DNA from: Acidobacteriota bacterium
Lineage (GTDB): Bacteria > Acidobacteriota > Vicinamibacteria > Vicinamibacterales > 2-12-FULL-66-21
Assembly (NCBI GenBank): GCA_046735335.1
Contig: JBKPTE010000018.1
Coordinates: forward strand, 4,000 to 67,999
Length of the DNA: 64,000 nt
Direction: 5' to 3'
Part shown: in pieces, positions 9,598-18,552 of the stretch
How positions within the stretch are numbered: position 1 is the first letter of the stretch
Layout of the letters: each line of letters starts with the position of its first letter
Position numbers and translations under genes: made by a program
Notes under the pieces: generated by a model
What the model was told of the DNA's origin: nothing
The model's database searches: none
What the model saw: only the letters and a program-made list of their open reading frames with translations

Positions 9598-10344
9598 TCA
9601 CAATCGCGCCTCTTTCAGGAAGCGCTCCTCGCCCAGCAGCGCCACGGCCTCGCGATAGCCGCGCACCGTCCCGACGTCCACGTACGACTCTCCCTCCGGC
9701 ACGCCCAGCGCGCGGCCTCCTTGCGCGATCCACGCGTTCACCAGCGTCCCCACGTACTCGTCGCGGCACTCGCGCGCGCGCCAGAGATCGAACAGCTCGC
9801 GGAGGACCGACCCCGGCATCTTGAACGCGCCCCAGATCCAATGCGATGCCGCGCCGGTGCGCTTCACCTGGATCTCCTGCACCCGCCACGCGGCATCGCA
9901 CACGACCGCGTCGAATAGTTCCGGACGCTCCACCGGGAACAGCAGGAACGACAGTTCCTCGTCCGGGAGCCGAGCGAGCGCGTCCTCCGGAAACCAGATC
10001 GTGTCGGGCAGCCCGATCAACACCTGATCGTCCGGCGCGATGAGCGGAAGCGCACGGAAGATCGCGTCGCACAGCCCCGACGCGTGCGGCTGCACGCTGT
10101 AGAAGACGGTGGCGGAGAACACCCCGCCGCCGTAGTACTCCAGGATGTCGGACTTGCCCGGAGAGATGACGAAGCACAGCTTGTCGGCGCCCCCGAGCAC
10201 GAGGCGCTCGACGAGGTACTCGCTCACAGCACGCGGACGCTCGCGATCGCCATCGCGGCGGCTCCCGACAGGGAGCAGCTCCTTCGAGAACGCCAGCGGC
10301 TGCATGCGGCTTCCCTGACCGGCAGCAGGAATTATTCCCCACAT
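9598..10344 (-). CDS. sugar-phosphate nucleotidyltransferase family protein
   Basis: GIIPAAGQGSRMQPLAFSKELLPVG, GLPDTIWFP, YVDVGT. Confidence 0.9.
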   Translation of the reverse strand: MWGIIPAAGQGSRMQPLAFSKELLPVGSRRDGDRERPRAVSEYLVERLVLGGADKLCFVISPGKSDILEYYGGGVFSATVFYSVQPHASGLCDAIFRALPLIAPDDQVLIGLPDTIWFPEDALARLPDEELSFLLFPVERPELFDAVVCDAAWRVQEIQVKRTGAASHWIWGAFKMPGSVLRELFDLWRARECRDEYVGTLVNAWIAQGGRALGVPEGESYVDVGTVRGYREAVALLGEERFLKEARL

Positions 10345-10349
10345 GATCG

Positions 10350-10447
10350 AATCCCTAATCGCTAATCCTCAATCCTCAATCAACAATCCGCAATCCTCAA
10401 TCCGGACCCCGGATCCCGGATCGCGGATCCCGAATCCCGGACTCCGA
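10350..10447. repeat. degenerate heptamer tandem array (AATCCTC grading to ATCCCGG)
   Basis: about 14 consecutive 7-mers; overlaps 3' end of CDS 10380-11540. Confidence 0.85.
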
Positions 10448-11540
10448 CGCCCGCGAGGCCGGCATCGGTCGTAGCCGCACCGACGCCGCTCAGAATGTCC
10501 TCCAATTGGCGCGCGCGCGTATCGGCCGTATGTTGGGCCAGCGTGCGCTCGCGCGCGGCGTGTCCGATCCGCGCGCGCTCCTCGTCGGACAGATCGAGCG
10601 CGTGCAGCACGTCCTCCGTACCGCGGGCGATGTAGATTTCGCGGCCCGGCTCGAAGAAGGTATCGAGCCCATCCCAGGTGTCGCTCACGACCGGCGTCGA
10701 ACACGCGGCAGCTTCGAACAGCCGTCCGGACGGACAGAAGCCCATCTCGGCCATCGGCCCGCGCGTGATGTTCAGCGTCCAGCCCGACGAACAATAGAAA
10801 GCCGGATGATCGGGCGGCGGCATGTGGCGCAGATAGTAGATGTTCGGCGTCCACGGAAAGTCGATCGGATACATCGATCCCGCGATCGCGAAGCGCCGGT
10901 CCGGACGCCGCCGGGCCGGCTCGATCAGGAGGCGGTCCAGCGCGTCCTGCCGATCGGTCGCGAACGTTCCCAGGTACGACAAGTCGAACAACCGGTCGGG
11001 ATCCGGCGCCACCGGGCGATGAACGTCGGGATCGACGCTGCCGTAGAGCGGCGCGACCGCTCGCGCACCCAGCTGTTCTCGAAGCGCATCGAGCGCGCCC
11101 CCGCCCGTGAAGCTCAGGACGAGGTCGAACGGCGCGAAGCCGCCCTGCGGAATGTAGTCGACACGCTCCCCGCGCGCGAGGCGATCGAGCGTCACCGGGG
11201 TATCGAGGTCGTAGAACACCTTCAGGGCCGCCGGCGAGTCGAGCACGAGATCGCTGGCCGTTTGAGCGTCCGGACAGTACGACGTCACCATCGCCACGTC
11301 TGCGTGCGCGACCGCCTCGCGGGCCGACGAGATCGTGTCCTCCCAGGCCTCATACAGCCGCAGATCGCAGCCCGCCGGCATCGTCGCGTCGCGGTGCGCG
11401 GCATAGTACGGCACGTCGCGCTCGAAGAAGGTGACGCGATGGCCGCGGACGCCGAGCGCGCGGCAGAGGCCTCGCCAGATCGTCGCGTGCCCGTTGCCCC
11501 AGGACGAGCTGATCGTCAGGCCAAAGACGACGATGTTCAT
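10380..11540 (-). CDS. CgeB-family glycosyltransferase
   Basis: GLTISSSWGNGHATIWR, YDLDTP, YLGTFATDRQ, SGRLFEAAAC. Confidence 0.9.
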   Translation of the reverse strand: MNIVVFGLTISSSWGNGHATIWRGLCRALGVRGHRVTFFERDVPYYAAHRDATMPAGCDLRLYEAWEDTISSAREAVAHADVAMVTSYCPDAQTASDLVLDSPAALKVFYDLDTPVTLDRLARGERVDYIPQGGFAPFDLVLSFTGGGALDALREQLGARAVAPLYGSVDPDVHRPVAPDPDRLFDLSYLGTFATDRQDALDRLLIEPARRRPDRRFAIAGSMYPIDFPWTPNIYYLRHMPPPDHPAFYCSSGWTLNITRGPMAEMGFCPSGRLFEAAACSTPVVSDTWDGLDTFFEPGREIYIARGTEDVLHALDLSDEERARIGHAARERTLAQHTADTRARQLEDILSGVGAATTDAGLAGVGVRDSGSAIRDPGSGLRIADC

Positions 11541-12619
11541 GCGGCCACGCGGGCGCCGAGCAACGCTTCGAGCTGCATGGCACGATGATCGTACGTATGT
11601 TCCGCGCAGACGCGCCGTCGCGCTGCCTCGCCCACGTCCCGTGCGCGCGCAGGGTCGAGCGCGGCAACGTGTGCGGCCACGGCGCCGCCCGAGTCCGCAA
11701 CGAGCACCTCGCGTCCCGGTTCCAGGAACAGCTCCATACCGACCCAGGCGTCGCTGATCAGACACGCGCCGGCGCCGGCCGCTTCGAAGACGCGCGTTGC
11801 CGGCGAGAATCCGTACCGCGCCATGCTGTCGCGGCTGATGTTGAGGACCGCGCGCGGCGTGCAGTTGAACGCGTTGTGATCGCGCGTGTAGACGTGGCCG
11901 ACATACCGCACGTTGGGCGGCATCGGCTTGTCGTGCCATCCGTTCCCGCCGAGGAGGAACGTCTCGCCCGGCAGCGCCGAGGCCGCCGCGAGGAAGAACT
12001 CCTCGACCCGCGCCTCGCGATCGGGGAGCCGGTTGCCGAGAAACCCGAGCGTCGCGTCGAAGCGCAGGTCTGGCGCGACCGGATGGTGCGTCGAGACGTC
12101 GAGCGCGTTGTAGATCGGCACGCACATGCGCGCCCCGACCGCGGTGTAACCGCGGACGACGGGATCGCCGCCGCCGTACGTCAGCACGAGATCGTACTGC
12201 GGCACGAGCGCGCGAAACGGATCGTCGCGGTTCTGCTCGAGGCGATCGAGTGTCGCCGGCGCATCGACGTCCCAGAAGATCGCCGTCGCGTTCGGGGCCC
12301 GCACGTCGAGGACGGCGCGTTCCAGCACAGCGTCGAAAACGCCAACGCCGCTCGTCTTCACGATGATGTCGGCGTCACGAGCGCTGTCGAGGGCGCGATG
12401 CACGCCGTCCTCGTCGGCGGGGTATACGCGGATGCGCGCCCAGTCCGGATCCGGAATGTCGCGGTGCTGCTGGCGATCGTAGGCGTCCGGCTCGTAGAAG
12501 GTCACCTCGAACCCGCGCGCGTGCAGGGCGCGGACGATGCCGCGGTAGTACGTTGCCGCGCCGTTCCAGTACGCCGACACCAGGCTCGAGCCAAAGAACG
12601 CAATCCGCGGTCGTGTCAT
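11537..12619 (-). CDS. CgeB-family glycosyltransferase
   Basis: GSSLVSAYWNGAATYYRG, WDVDAP, FLGNRLPDRE, ATRVFEAAGAG. Confidence 0.9.
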   Translation of the reverse strand: MTRPRIAFFGSSLVSAYWNGAATYYRGIVRALHARGFEVTFYEPDAYDRQQHRDIPDPDWARIRVYPADEDGVHRALDSARDADIIVKTSGVGVFDAVLERAVLDVRAPNATAIFWDVDAPATLDRLEQNRDDPFRALVPQYDLVLTYGGGDPVVRGYTAVGARMCVPIYNALDVSTHHPVAPDLRFDATLGFLGNRLPDREARVEEFFLAAASALPGETFLLGGNGWHDKPMPPNVRYVGHVYTRDHNAFNCTPRAVLNISRDSMARYGFSPATRVFEAAGAGACLISDAWVGMELFLEPGREVLVADSGGAVAAHVAALDPARARDVGEAARRRVCAEHTYDHRAMQLEALLGARVAA

Positions 12620-13753
12620 TCAGGTTCTCTCCGAAAGGGCCGCCCTAGGGTCGTGGCGCGGCCCTGCCAGGGCCGCGATCTCCTCGTACACACCAGCGTA
12701 CGCCGACGCCATGCGCTCGACGGTGAACCCCTTCGAGCGCTCGTGGGCACGCGCGGCCAGGTCCCTGCGAAGGGCGGCATCGTCGATCAATTCGTCGATC
12801 GCGCGAACCAGCGCGTCTCCGTCGTCCGGGTGGACGAACGCGGCGGCGCCGTCCCAGTTCTCGCGCAGGCTGGCTATGTCGCCGAGCACGAGCGCGCAGC
12901 CCGCGGACGCCGCTTCGAGGACGGACAGGCCGAACGGCTCGTATCGCGCCGGCAGCACGTAAATTGCCGCACGAGCGAACCACTCGTTCATCTCTCCTGC
13001 GGAGAGGCGTCCCAGATACCGGACGGCGTTGCTCGATCGACACTCGGCGCCACCGCTGTCGCCAGCGACATACACCGGCCAGCGCAATCGCGGCGCGGCC
13101 CGGCAAAGCGCGTCGATGTTCTTGGCCTGGTCCCAAATCCGGCCTGCACTGAAGATGAATTCGCGGCTGCGACTTCCGCGGCTGGAACTTCCGCCTTCAG
13201 GCGGAAGAGACGCGGCCCTCCCATTCGGAATCACTCTGCCGTTCGGCACCGCGCCATACTCCTGCTGCAGGGCATCGAGCATCGCGCGCGTCGGCGCGAC
13301 GACGATCGCCGCTCCGGCGAGGCCATCGCGCACGCGCTCGCGATACGTGTGCCACGAGGATGGCGCGGCGCCTCCATGAACACCGCGCCACCAGGACGCA
13401 ACGCACGAATGAGCCGCGACGACGACCGGCGCACGCCATGGCAGCATGCCGTGGCAGTATCCGTTCAAGTGCACGACGTCGGGGCGCCACTCGTTTTCGA
13501 GAGCCAGCAGCCACCCGGCCGCCGCGTCGACGTCGGGCCACGGATCGTCCATCCATTCGAGCGCGAAGTCCCCTTCGCGCACGTCAATCCCTCGCCGGGC
13601 GGCCTCGCCGTGCTGGTCAGCGGACAGCCGCGGCCCCATCGTCGCAATCGTGACGGTGATGCCGCGGACGCGGAGTCCGCAGGCGAGATCGAGCGCATAC
13701 GTCCACACGCCTCCGACACCGTCGGCGGTCATGAGGACGCGACCGACGCACAT
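12620..13753 (-). CDS. GT4-family glycosyltransferase
   Basis: MTADGVGGVWTY, AGRIWDQAKN, YEPFGLSVLEAA. Confidence 0.9.
   Translation of the reverse strand: MCVGRVLMTADGVGGVWTYALDLACGLRVRGITVTIATMGPRLSADQHGEAARRGIDVREGDFALEWMDDPWPDVDAAAGWLLALENEWRPDVVHLNGYCHGMLPWRAPVVVAAHSCVASWWRGVHGGAAPSSWHTYRERVRDGLAGAAIVVAPTRAMLDALQQEYGAVPNGRVIPNGRAASLPPEGGSSSRGSRSREFIFSAGRIWDQAKNIDALCRAAPRLRWPVYVAGDSGGAECRSSNAVRYLGRLSAGEMNEWFARAAIYVLPARYEPFGLSVLEAASAGCALVLGDIASLRENWDGAAAFVHPDDGDALVRAIDELIDDAALRRDLAARAHERSKGFTVERMASAYAGVYEEIAALAGPRHDPRAALSERT
13188..13207. repeat. palindromic repeat inside the GT4 inter-domain linker
   Basis: CTTCCGCCT-TC-AGGCGGAAG perfect 9-bp stem within low-complexity peptide SLPPEGGSSSRGSRS. 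Confidence 0.6.
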
Positions 13754-15045
13754 CAATGCAGCTCCAGTTCCGACAGCGGCCGCGGCCGGGCGTCCTGGAT
13801 GTCGCTGAACTCTTCGAAGCGCGAGAGGTAGTGCTCCATGGCGCGCTCCCACGCGTTGTCGTCAGGCGCGCCCCACCGGCGCGTGTAGTCGGGCGAGCCC
13901 GGATACGGGAACATCGGCACCGGCTTGTTCGCCCACACACCGAACCCCTGCAGGTGCTCCCGCCAGGCTTCGACATCCGCGGGATCGTCGCTGCCCGACT
14001 CCAGCAGGTTCGCCTGCACGAACGGCACGCGGCCGCGGGCGTAGACGAGCCGTTCGGCAAGCTGCTCCGTCGTCAGGCGACTGCCCTTGTCGAGCAGATT
14101 GCGTCCTTCGACGGTGATGCTCTCGACGCCGGCTTCGATCGACACGCAACCTGCCCGGCCGAGGAGATCGATCATCGCGTGGTTCCAGAGGTCGATGCGC
14201 GTCTGCACGCCGAACACGAAGGGCCGATCGACGAATGCCTCGAGCAGCTCCCGATTGGGCAGGAAGATTTCGTCGATGAAGTACACGTAGCCGACGCCCA
14301 GCGCGAGCAGCGCGTCCAGCTCTTCGAGGATCGTTGCCACGGGACGCTTCCGGTAGTCGTTCCGGAAGTTGTCCTTCGCGCAGAACGAGCAGTGGTACGG
14401 ACACCCGCGCGAGACTTCCATCTCCGCACCAGGACTGTCCGGCTCTCGATCGAACCGATGGTGATGGTGGCGGTGGCGTGCGACGTCTTCACGCGTCCAT
14501 CGGAGCGCCGGCAGTGATGCCATGTCGACGGCATGGGGCGTGCCCTGCACCCGCAGGCCGCCATGGACGACATACGCAAGCGACTCGATGCGCTCCCATG
14601 CCGCGCGAGGAGACGCCAGCTTCGGCAGGATGTCCTCACACTCGCCGAGGACGGCGACGTCGGCGTCCAGCTTGCGAAGCGCCGCGCCTGGCGTCGTCGA
14701 TGCGTGCGGCCCGACGACGACGGTCAGCGGGCGCCGCGACAGCTTCGATCGAATGGCGCGGAGGGTGCGCTGCGGAATCCTCAGCTCCGGCGGCGCACAC
14801 CGCCAGAACAGGTAACTCGGCGCGGTCGTGACGACGAGCACGTCCGGCGCGAACCGGGCGATGTCCGCCGCAAGGCGATCCTCGCCGAGCGCATGCAACT
14901 GGCCGTCGGCGACGAGCACGTCGTGGCCTTCGGCTTCGAGCAGTGCGCGCGAATAGCCGTACTCGAGCGGCAGGTGCGGCTCGCGGCACCCGAAATAGAT
15001 GCTGCCGTCGAACTGCCAGTTCGGGTTCACGAGCGCGAATCTCAT
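13753..15045 (-). CDS. B12-binding radical SAM protein, TIGR04295 (rhizo-twelve)-like
   Basis: IYFGCREPHLPLE, TTAPSYLFWRC, HRHHHHRF, CPYHCSFC (CxxxCxxC), WANKPVPMFPYPGS. Confidence 0.9.
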   Translation of the reverse strand: MRFALVNPNWQFDGSIYFGCREPHLPLEYGYSRALLEAEGHDVLVADGQLHALGEDRLAADIARFAPDVLVVTTAPSYLFWRCAPPELRIPQRTLRAIRSKLSRRPLTVVVGPHASTTPGAALRKLDADVAVLGECEDILPKLASPRAAWERIESLAYVVHGGLRVQGTPHAVDMASLPALRWTREDVARHRHHHHRFDREPDSPGAEMEVSRGCPYHCSFCAKDNFRNDYRKRPVATILEELDALLALGVGYVYFIDEIFLPNRELLEAFVDRPFVFGVQTRIDLWNHAMIDLLGRAGCVSIEAGVESITVEGRNLLDKGSRLTTEQLAERLVYARGRVPFVQANLLESGSDDPADVEAWREHLQGFGVWANKPVPMFPYPGSPDYTRRWGAPDDNAWERAMEHYLSRFEEFSDIQDARPRPLSELELH

Positions 15046-16130
15046 GACGCGACCCTGCCCGCGGCCGCTATACGCGGTTCGACGACGTCGCTGGCGACGA
15101 GCCAGGAGAGCAGCCGCTCGACACCTTGTCTGACGGTCACGCGAGGCGCCCACCCCGTGAGGCGCTCGAACTTGGACGTGCTCGACACGTAGTACCGCTG
15201 ATCTGCCGGCCGCCACGGCTCGATCGCGAACGTCGGGCGCTCGCCGGTGAGATCCGCGATGAGATCCATCAGCTCGACGAGGCTGATCGTGTTCGACGGA
15301 CCGCCGCCGATGTTGAACGCGTCGCCCGCCGTATCTTCGATCCGTTCGTGCGCGAGCAGCATAGCGTCCACGAGATCCTCGACGAAGAGGACGTCACGCA
15401 CCTGCAGGCCGTCGCCGTACAGCGTCAGCGGGCGGCGGCGGAGCGCCTGAATGAGGAAGTGCGCCACCCAGCCCTGGTCTTCGGTCCCGAACTGGTGCGG
15501 TCCGTAGATGCAGCTCATTCGGAAGACGGTGGCCGGAACGCCGAACGTGCGCGCGTAGTCGAGCACGTACTGCTCCGCCGCGCCCTTCGAACAGCCGTAC
15601 GGACTGTGGAAATCGAGCGGACGCGCTTCGCTTATTCCGCCAAGCACGAGCCGCTCCTCTTCCGGCTCGTAGCGCGAGCCCCGGCGGCGCAGGCGCACGT
15701 CGTCGAGATCGCCGTAGACCTTGTTCGTCGACGTGAACAGCAAGGTCGGCGGCGCGTCGGCCGCGCGAATTGCTTCGAGGAGGTTCAGCGTGCCGCGCGC
15801 GTTGACCTCGAAGTCGAGGAACGGGTCCGTCAGGCTGGTCGTGACGGCCACTTGTGCCGCGAAATGAAATACCTGGTCGACGCCGCGAACCGCGCGCCGG
15901 AGCGCCGCTTCATCGCGGACGTCGCCGCGGACGAACTCGACGCGCTCACCATGCCGCGCCTGGATCCAGCGCAGGTTCTGCTCGACCCCCGCGCGCGACA
16001 GGTTGTCGAACAGCCGCACGCGCCGTCCCTTGCGCAGCAGGCGATCGGCGACGTTGGTCGCCACGAAGCCGGCGCCCCCGGTGATGAGCGACGTGCCGGT
16101 AGAGGCCGGAACACGAATGGGGCGGGTCAT
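15042..16130 (-). CDS. NAD-dependent NDP-sugar epimerase/dehydratase (CDP-paratose 2-epimerase-like)
   Basis: TGGAGFVA, AAQVAVTTS, STNKVYG, YGCSK, EDQGWVAHF. Confidence 0.92.
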   Translation of the reverse strand: MTRPIRVPASTGTSLITGGAGFVATNVADRLLRKGRRVRLFDNLSRAGVEQNLRWIQARHGERVEFVRGDVRDEAALRRAVRGVDQVFHFAAQVAVTTSLTDPFLDFEVNARGTLNLLEAIRAADAPPTLLFTSTNKVYGDLDDVRLRRRGSRYEPEEERLVLGGISEARPLDFHSPYGCSKGAAEQYVLDYARTFGVPATVFRMSCIYGPHQFGTEDQGWVAHFLIQALRRRPLTLYGDGLQVRDVLFVEDLVDAMLLAHERIEDTAGDAFNIGGGPSNTISLVELMDLIADLTGERPTFAIEPWRPADQRYYVSSTSKFERLTGWAPRVTVRQGVERLLSWLVASDVVEPRIAAAGRVAS

Positions 16131-17236
16131 ACCGTGAGCCCCCGCGCGGCCAGCTCCTGGCTGGCTTCGTCGACGCGATCCTCGGCCGCCTGATTTTGCA
16201 GCCACTCGGCCAGCTCCACGAGCCCGTCTTCGAGCATCACCTTCGGGTCGTAGCCCAGCACCTCGCGTGCCTCGGAGATCTCCGCAAAGCAATGACGGAT
16301 GTCCCCGACGCGATACTTGCCGCATATCTCAGGCGCGGCGCGCTTCCCGAGAATCCCCGCCAGCATGTCGGCCACCTGGCGCACGGTGTAGGACTGGCCG
16401 CTGCCGACGTTCAGCGCGCGTCCATCGGCGCTCGGCGACTCCAGCGCGAGACGGCACGCCTGCGCGATGTCGTACACGCTGACGAAGTCGCGGCGCTGCT
16501 GGCCGTCTTCGAAGATGAGCGGCGCGTTGCCGTTCATCAGGCGCGACGCGAAGATCGCGAGGACGCCGGTGTACGGGTTCGAGAGCGCCTGGCGCGTTCC
16601 GAACACGTTGAAGAACCGCAGCGCGACCGTGGGGATGCGATACGCGCGCCCGAGCATCAGGCACATGCGCTCCTGGTCGAACTTCGAGAGCGCGTACACG
16701 GACGACAGCGACGGCGATTTCGACTCCGGCGTCGCGACAGGCGTCAGCGCTCCCCCCGTCTCGTCGTACAGCTCCCATTCGCCGCGGCGCAGCTGCTCGA
16801 GCGGACGCTCACGCACTTCGCGGCTCGTGCCGTCGGCGGCCTGATACAACCCCTCGCCGTAGAGGCTCATGCTCGACGCGACAATCAACCGCTGGACGGG
16901 GCGCTTCACCAGCGCCTGGAGGAGCACCGCGGTACCGAGGTTGTTCACCGACGTGTAGTGTTCGATCTCGTACATGCTCTGGCCGACACCGACCGCGGCG
17001 GCGAGATGAAACACGGCGTCAATGCCTTCGAGCGCGCGGCGCACGGCGGCGGCATCGCGCACGTCGCCGCGCTGCAGCTCGACGTCGGCGTTGAGATAAC
17101 GTGGGCGCGCGGCATCGGCGCCGTGCACCTGCGGATCGAGACTGTCGAGCGCGCGAACGCGATGGCCGCGCTGCAGGAGTTCGTCCGCGAGGTGCGATCC
17201 GATGAAGCCCGCGCCGCCCGTTATCAGAATTTTCAT
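16127..17236 (-). CDS. NAD-dependent NDP-sugar epimerase/dehydratase
   Basis: TGGAGFIGSH, VGVGQSMY, YALSK, NPYTGV. Confidence 0.92.
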   Translation of the reverse strand: MKILITGGAGFIGSHLADELLQRGHRVRALDSLDPQVHGADAARPRYLNADVELQRGDVRDAAAVRRALEGIDAVFHLAAAVGVGQSMYEIEHYTSVNNLGTAVLLQALVKRPVQRLIVASSMSLYGEGLYQAADGTSREVRERPLEQLRRGEWELYDETGGALTPVATPESKSPSLSSVYALSKFDQERMCLMLGRAYRIPTVALRFFNVFGTRQALSNPYTGVLAIFASRLMNGNAPLIFEDGQQRRDFVSVYDIAQACRLALESPSADGRALNVGSGQSYTVRQVADMLAGILGKRAAPEICGKYRVGDIRHCFAEISEAREVLGYDPKVMLEDGLVELAEWLQNQAAEDRVDEASQELAARGLTV

Positions 17237-17309
17237 GAACCCTCGTCCTTTCGCGCCGGCCAACGGTGGTGTCCGGCTTGCTTACGGGAATGAACGTCGG
17301 AAGGTAAGT

Positions 17310-17325
17310 AGCAAAGCAGGTTCCA
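17310..17325 (-). promoter_or_regulatory. sigma54-like promoter of the 12-gene cassette
   Basis: minus strand TGGAAC-CTGCT-TTGCT (GG-N10-GC). Confidence 0.6.
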
Positions 17326-17367
17326 GTTTTCCGGCTCATGCGCATAACGTCAGCCGCTCTCAGCGTC

Positions 17368-17387
17368 ATATGCGCATCTGCGCGTAT
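17368..17387. promoter_or_regulatory. imperfect palindrome, candidate ArsR operator
   Basis: ATATGCGCA-TC-TGCGCGTAT immediately before the ArsR ATG. Confidence 0.5.
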
Positions 17388-17393
17388 CGCGAT

Positions 17394-17702
17394 ATGAAGA
17401 CTCTGTCGACTGAGCGCATGAATTTGATCGCGAACCGCGCCCGGGCGCTCGGCGATCCGACGCGCGTGCGCATCCTCTCCGTGCTGGAAAACGGCGAACA
17501 GGCGGTCGGCCAGATAGCAGCGGCGGCGGACACGCGGCAGTCCACAGCATCCAAGCACCTGCAGGTGCTCTTTCACGCGGGGCTCGTGCAGCGACGGCGG
17601 GATGCGAGCGCGGTGTTCTACTGGCTCAGTTCGGCCGAACTGCTGCGGTGGTGCCGTTTCCTGGCGACGCGGAAGCTCGAGGTGGCGGGGAAACGGCGCT
17701 GA
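17394..17702 (+). CDS. ArsR/SmtB family transcriptional regulator
   Basis: ALGDPTRVRIL...QSTASKHLQVL...GLV...VFYWL. Confidence 0.88.
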   Translation: MKTLSTERMNLIANRARALGDPTRVRILSVLENGEQAVGQIAAAADTRQSTASKHLQVLFHAGLVQRRRDASAVFYWLSSAELLRWCRFLATRKLEVAGKRR

Positions 17703-17771
17703 CGTGCCGTATGATTTTGTTGCAGACTCAGGTGTGCTGCCTTACAGCGCGGCCGTTCGGCAACCGCTGAC

Positions 17772-18371
17772 GTGGAACGTACGACCGTCTTCCTCATCCG
17801 CCACGGGTTGACCGACGCCGTCGGCAGACATCTCGTGTCCCGGACGCCCGGCATTCACCTCAATTCCGACGGACGCGCGCAGGCCGAACGCGTTCGCGAT
17901 CGGCTCGCGTCGCGTCGCGTGGACGCGATCTACTCGAGCCCGATCGAGCGCGCGTTCGAAAGCGCGGAACCACTCGCCGCCTCTCGCTCGCTGCCGATCA
18001 CGATTGCCGAAGGCCTGATCGAAGTGGATTTCGGTGAGTGGACCGGCCTGAACTTCGAGGATCTCGCCGGACGCAGCGACTGGCGGCGCTTCAACGATGC
18101 GCGCTCCACCGCCGTCGTGCCCGGCGGCGAGCGCCCCTCAGACGTCCAATTACGCATCGTCACCACGCTCGACGATCTCCGGAAACGCCACGCAGGCGAG
18201 TCGATCGCTGTCGTGAGCCACGCAGACGTGATCAGGAGCGCGGTGCTTCACGTCGCGCGCACATCGCTCGACCATTGGTATGGCTTCGAGATCAGCCCCG
18301 GGTCGATTACGACGATTACGTACGAAGTGAATGGTGTTGCCCGCCTGTTGGGCGTCAACGAAGTACCGTGA
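17772..18371 (+). CDS. histidine phosphatase family protein
   Basis: LIRHG, SSPIERA, EVDFGEW, VSHADVI. Confidence 0.9.
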   Translation: MERTTVFLIRHGLTDAVGRHLVSRTPGIHLNSDGRAQAERVRDRLASRRVDAIYSSPIERAFESAEPLAASRSLPITIAEGLIEVDFGEWTGLNFEDLAGRSDWRRFNDARSTAVVPGGERPSDVQLRIVTTLDDLRKRHAGESIAVVSHADVIRSAVLHVARTSLDHWYGFEISPGSITTITYEVNGVARLLGVNEVP

Positions 18372-18376
18372 CGGAT

Positions 18377-18430
18377 GTTGGAGGTTGGAGGTTCGTAGTT
18401 GGAGGCTGGTAGCTGGAGGCGGGAGGTTGG
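18377..18430. repeat. heptamer tandem array (GTTGGAG/GCTGGAG)
   Basis: about 8 degenerate 7-mers. Confidence 0.75.
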
Positions 18431-18536
18431 CTTGCCCGCCGTAGCGCCAAGCACGCAGGCGGGAGCGCCCGGGGCCCGAGCGAGGCGGCAGCGTGAAACG
18501 CGGCGCAGCCGCCGCCGAGCGCTGCCAAAGAAAGGT

Positions 18537-18552
18537 TGGTGGTTGGTTTGCA
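18537..18552 (+). promoter_or_regulatory. sigma54-like promoter of the xox-cox operon
   Basis: TGG-TGGTTGGTTT-GCA; would favour the ATG at 18567 as true start. Confidence 0.4.

Noticed and set aside
7774..13831. Long plus-strand ORFs (714 aa, 748 aa) and similar ones at 39061-41403, 30879-33221, 46834-48792, 62504-63778
   Set aside because: Antisense or alternate-frame shadows of well-supported genes in high-GC DNA; Arg/Ala-rich with no family motifs
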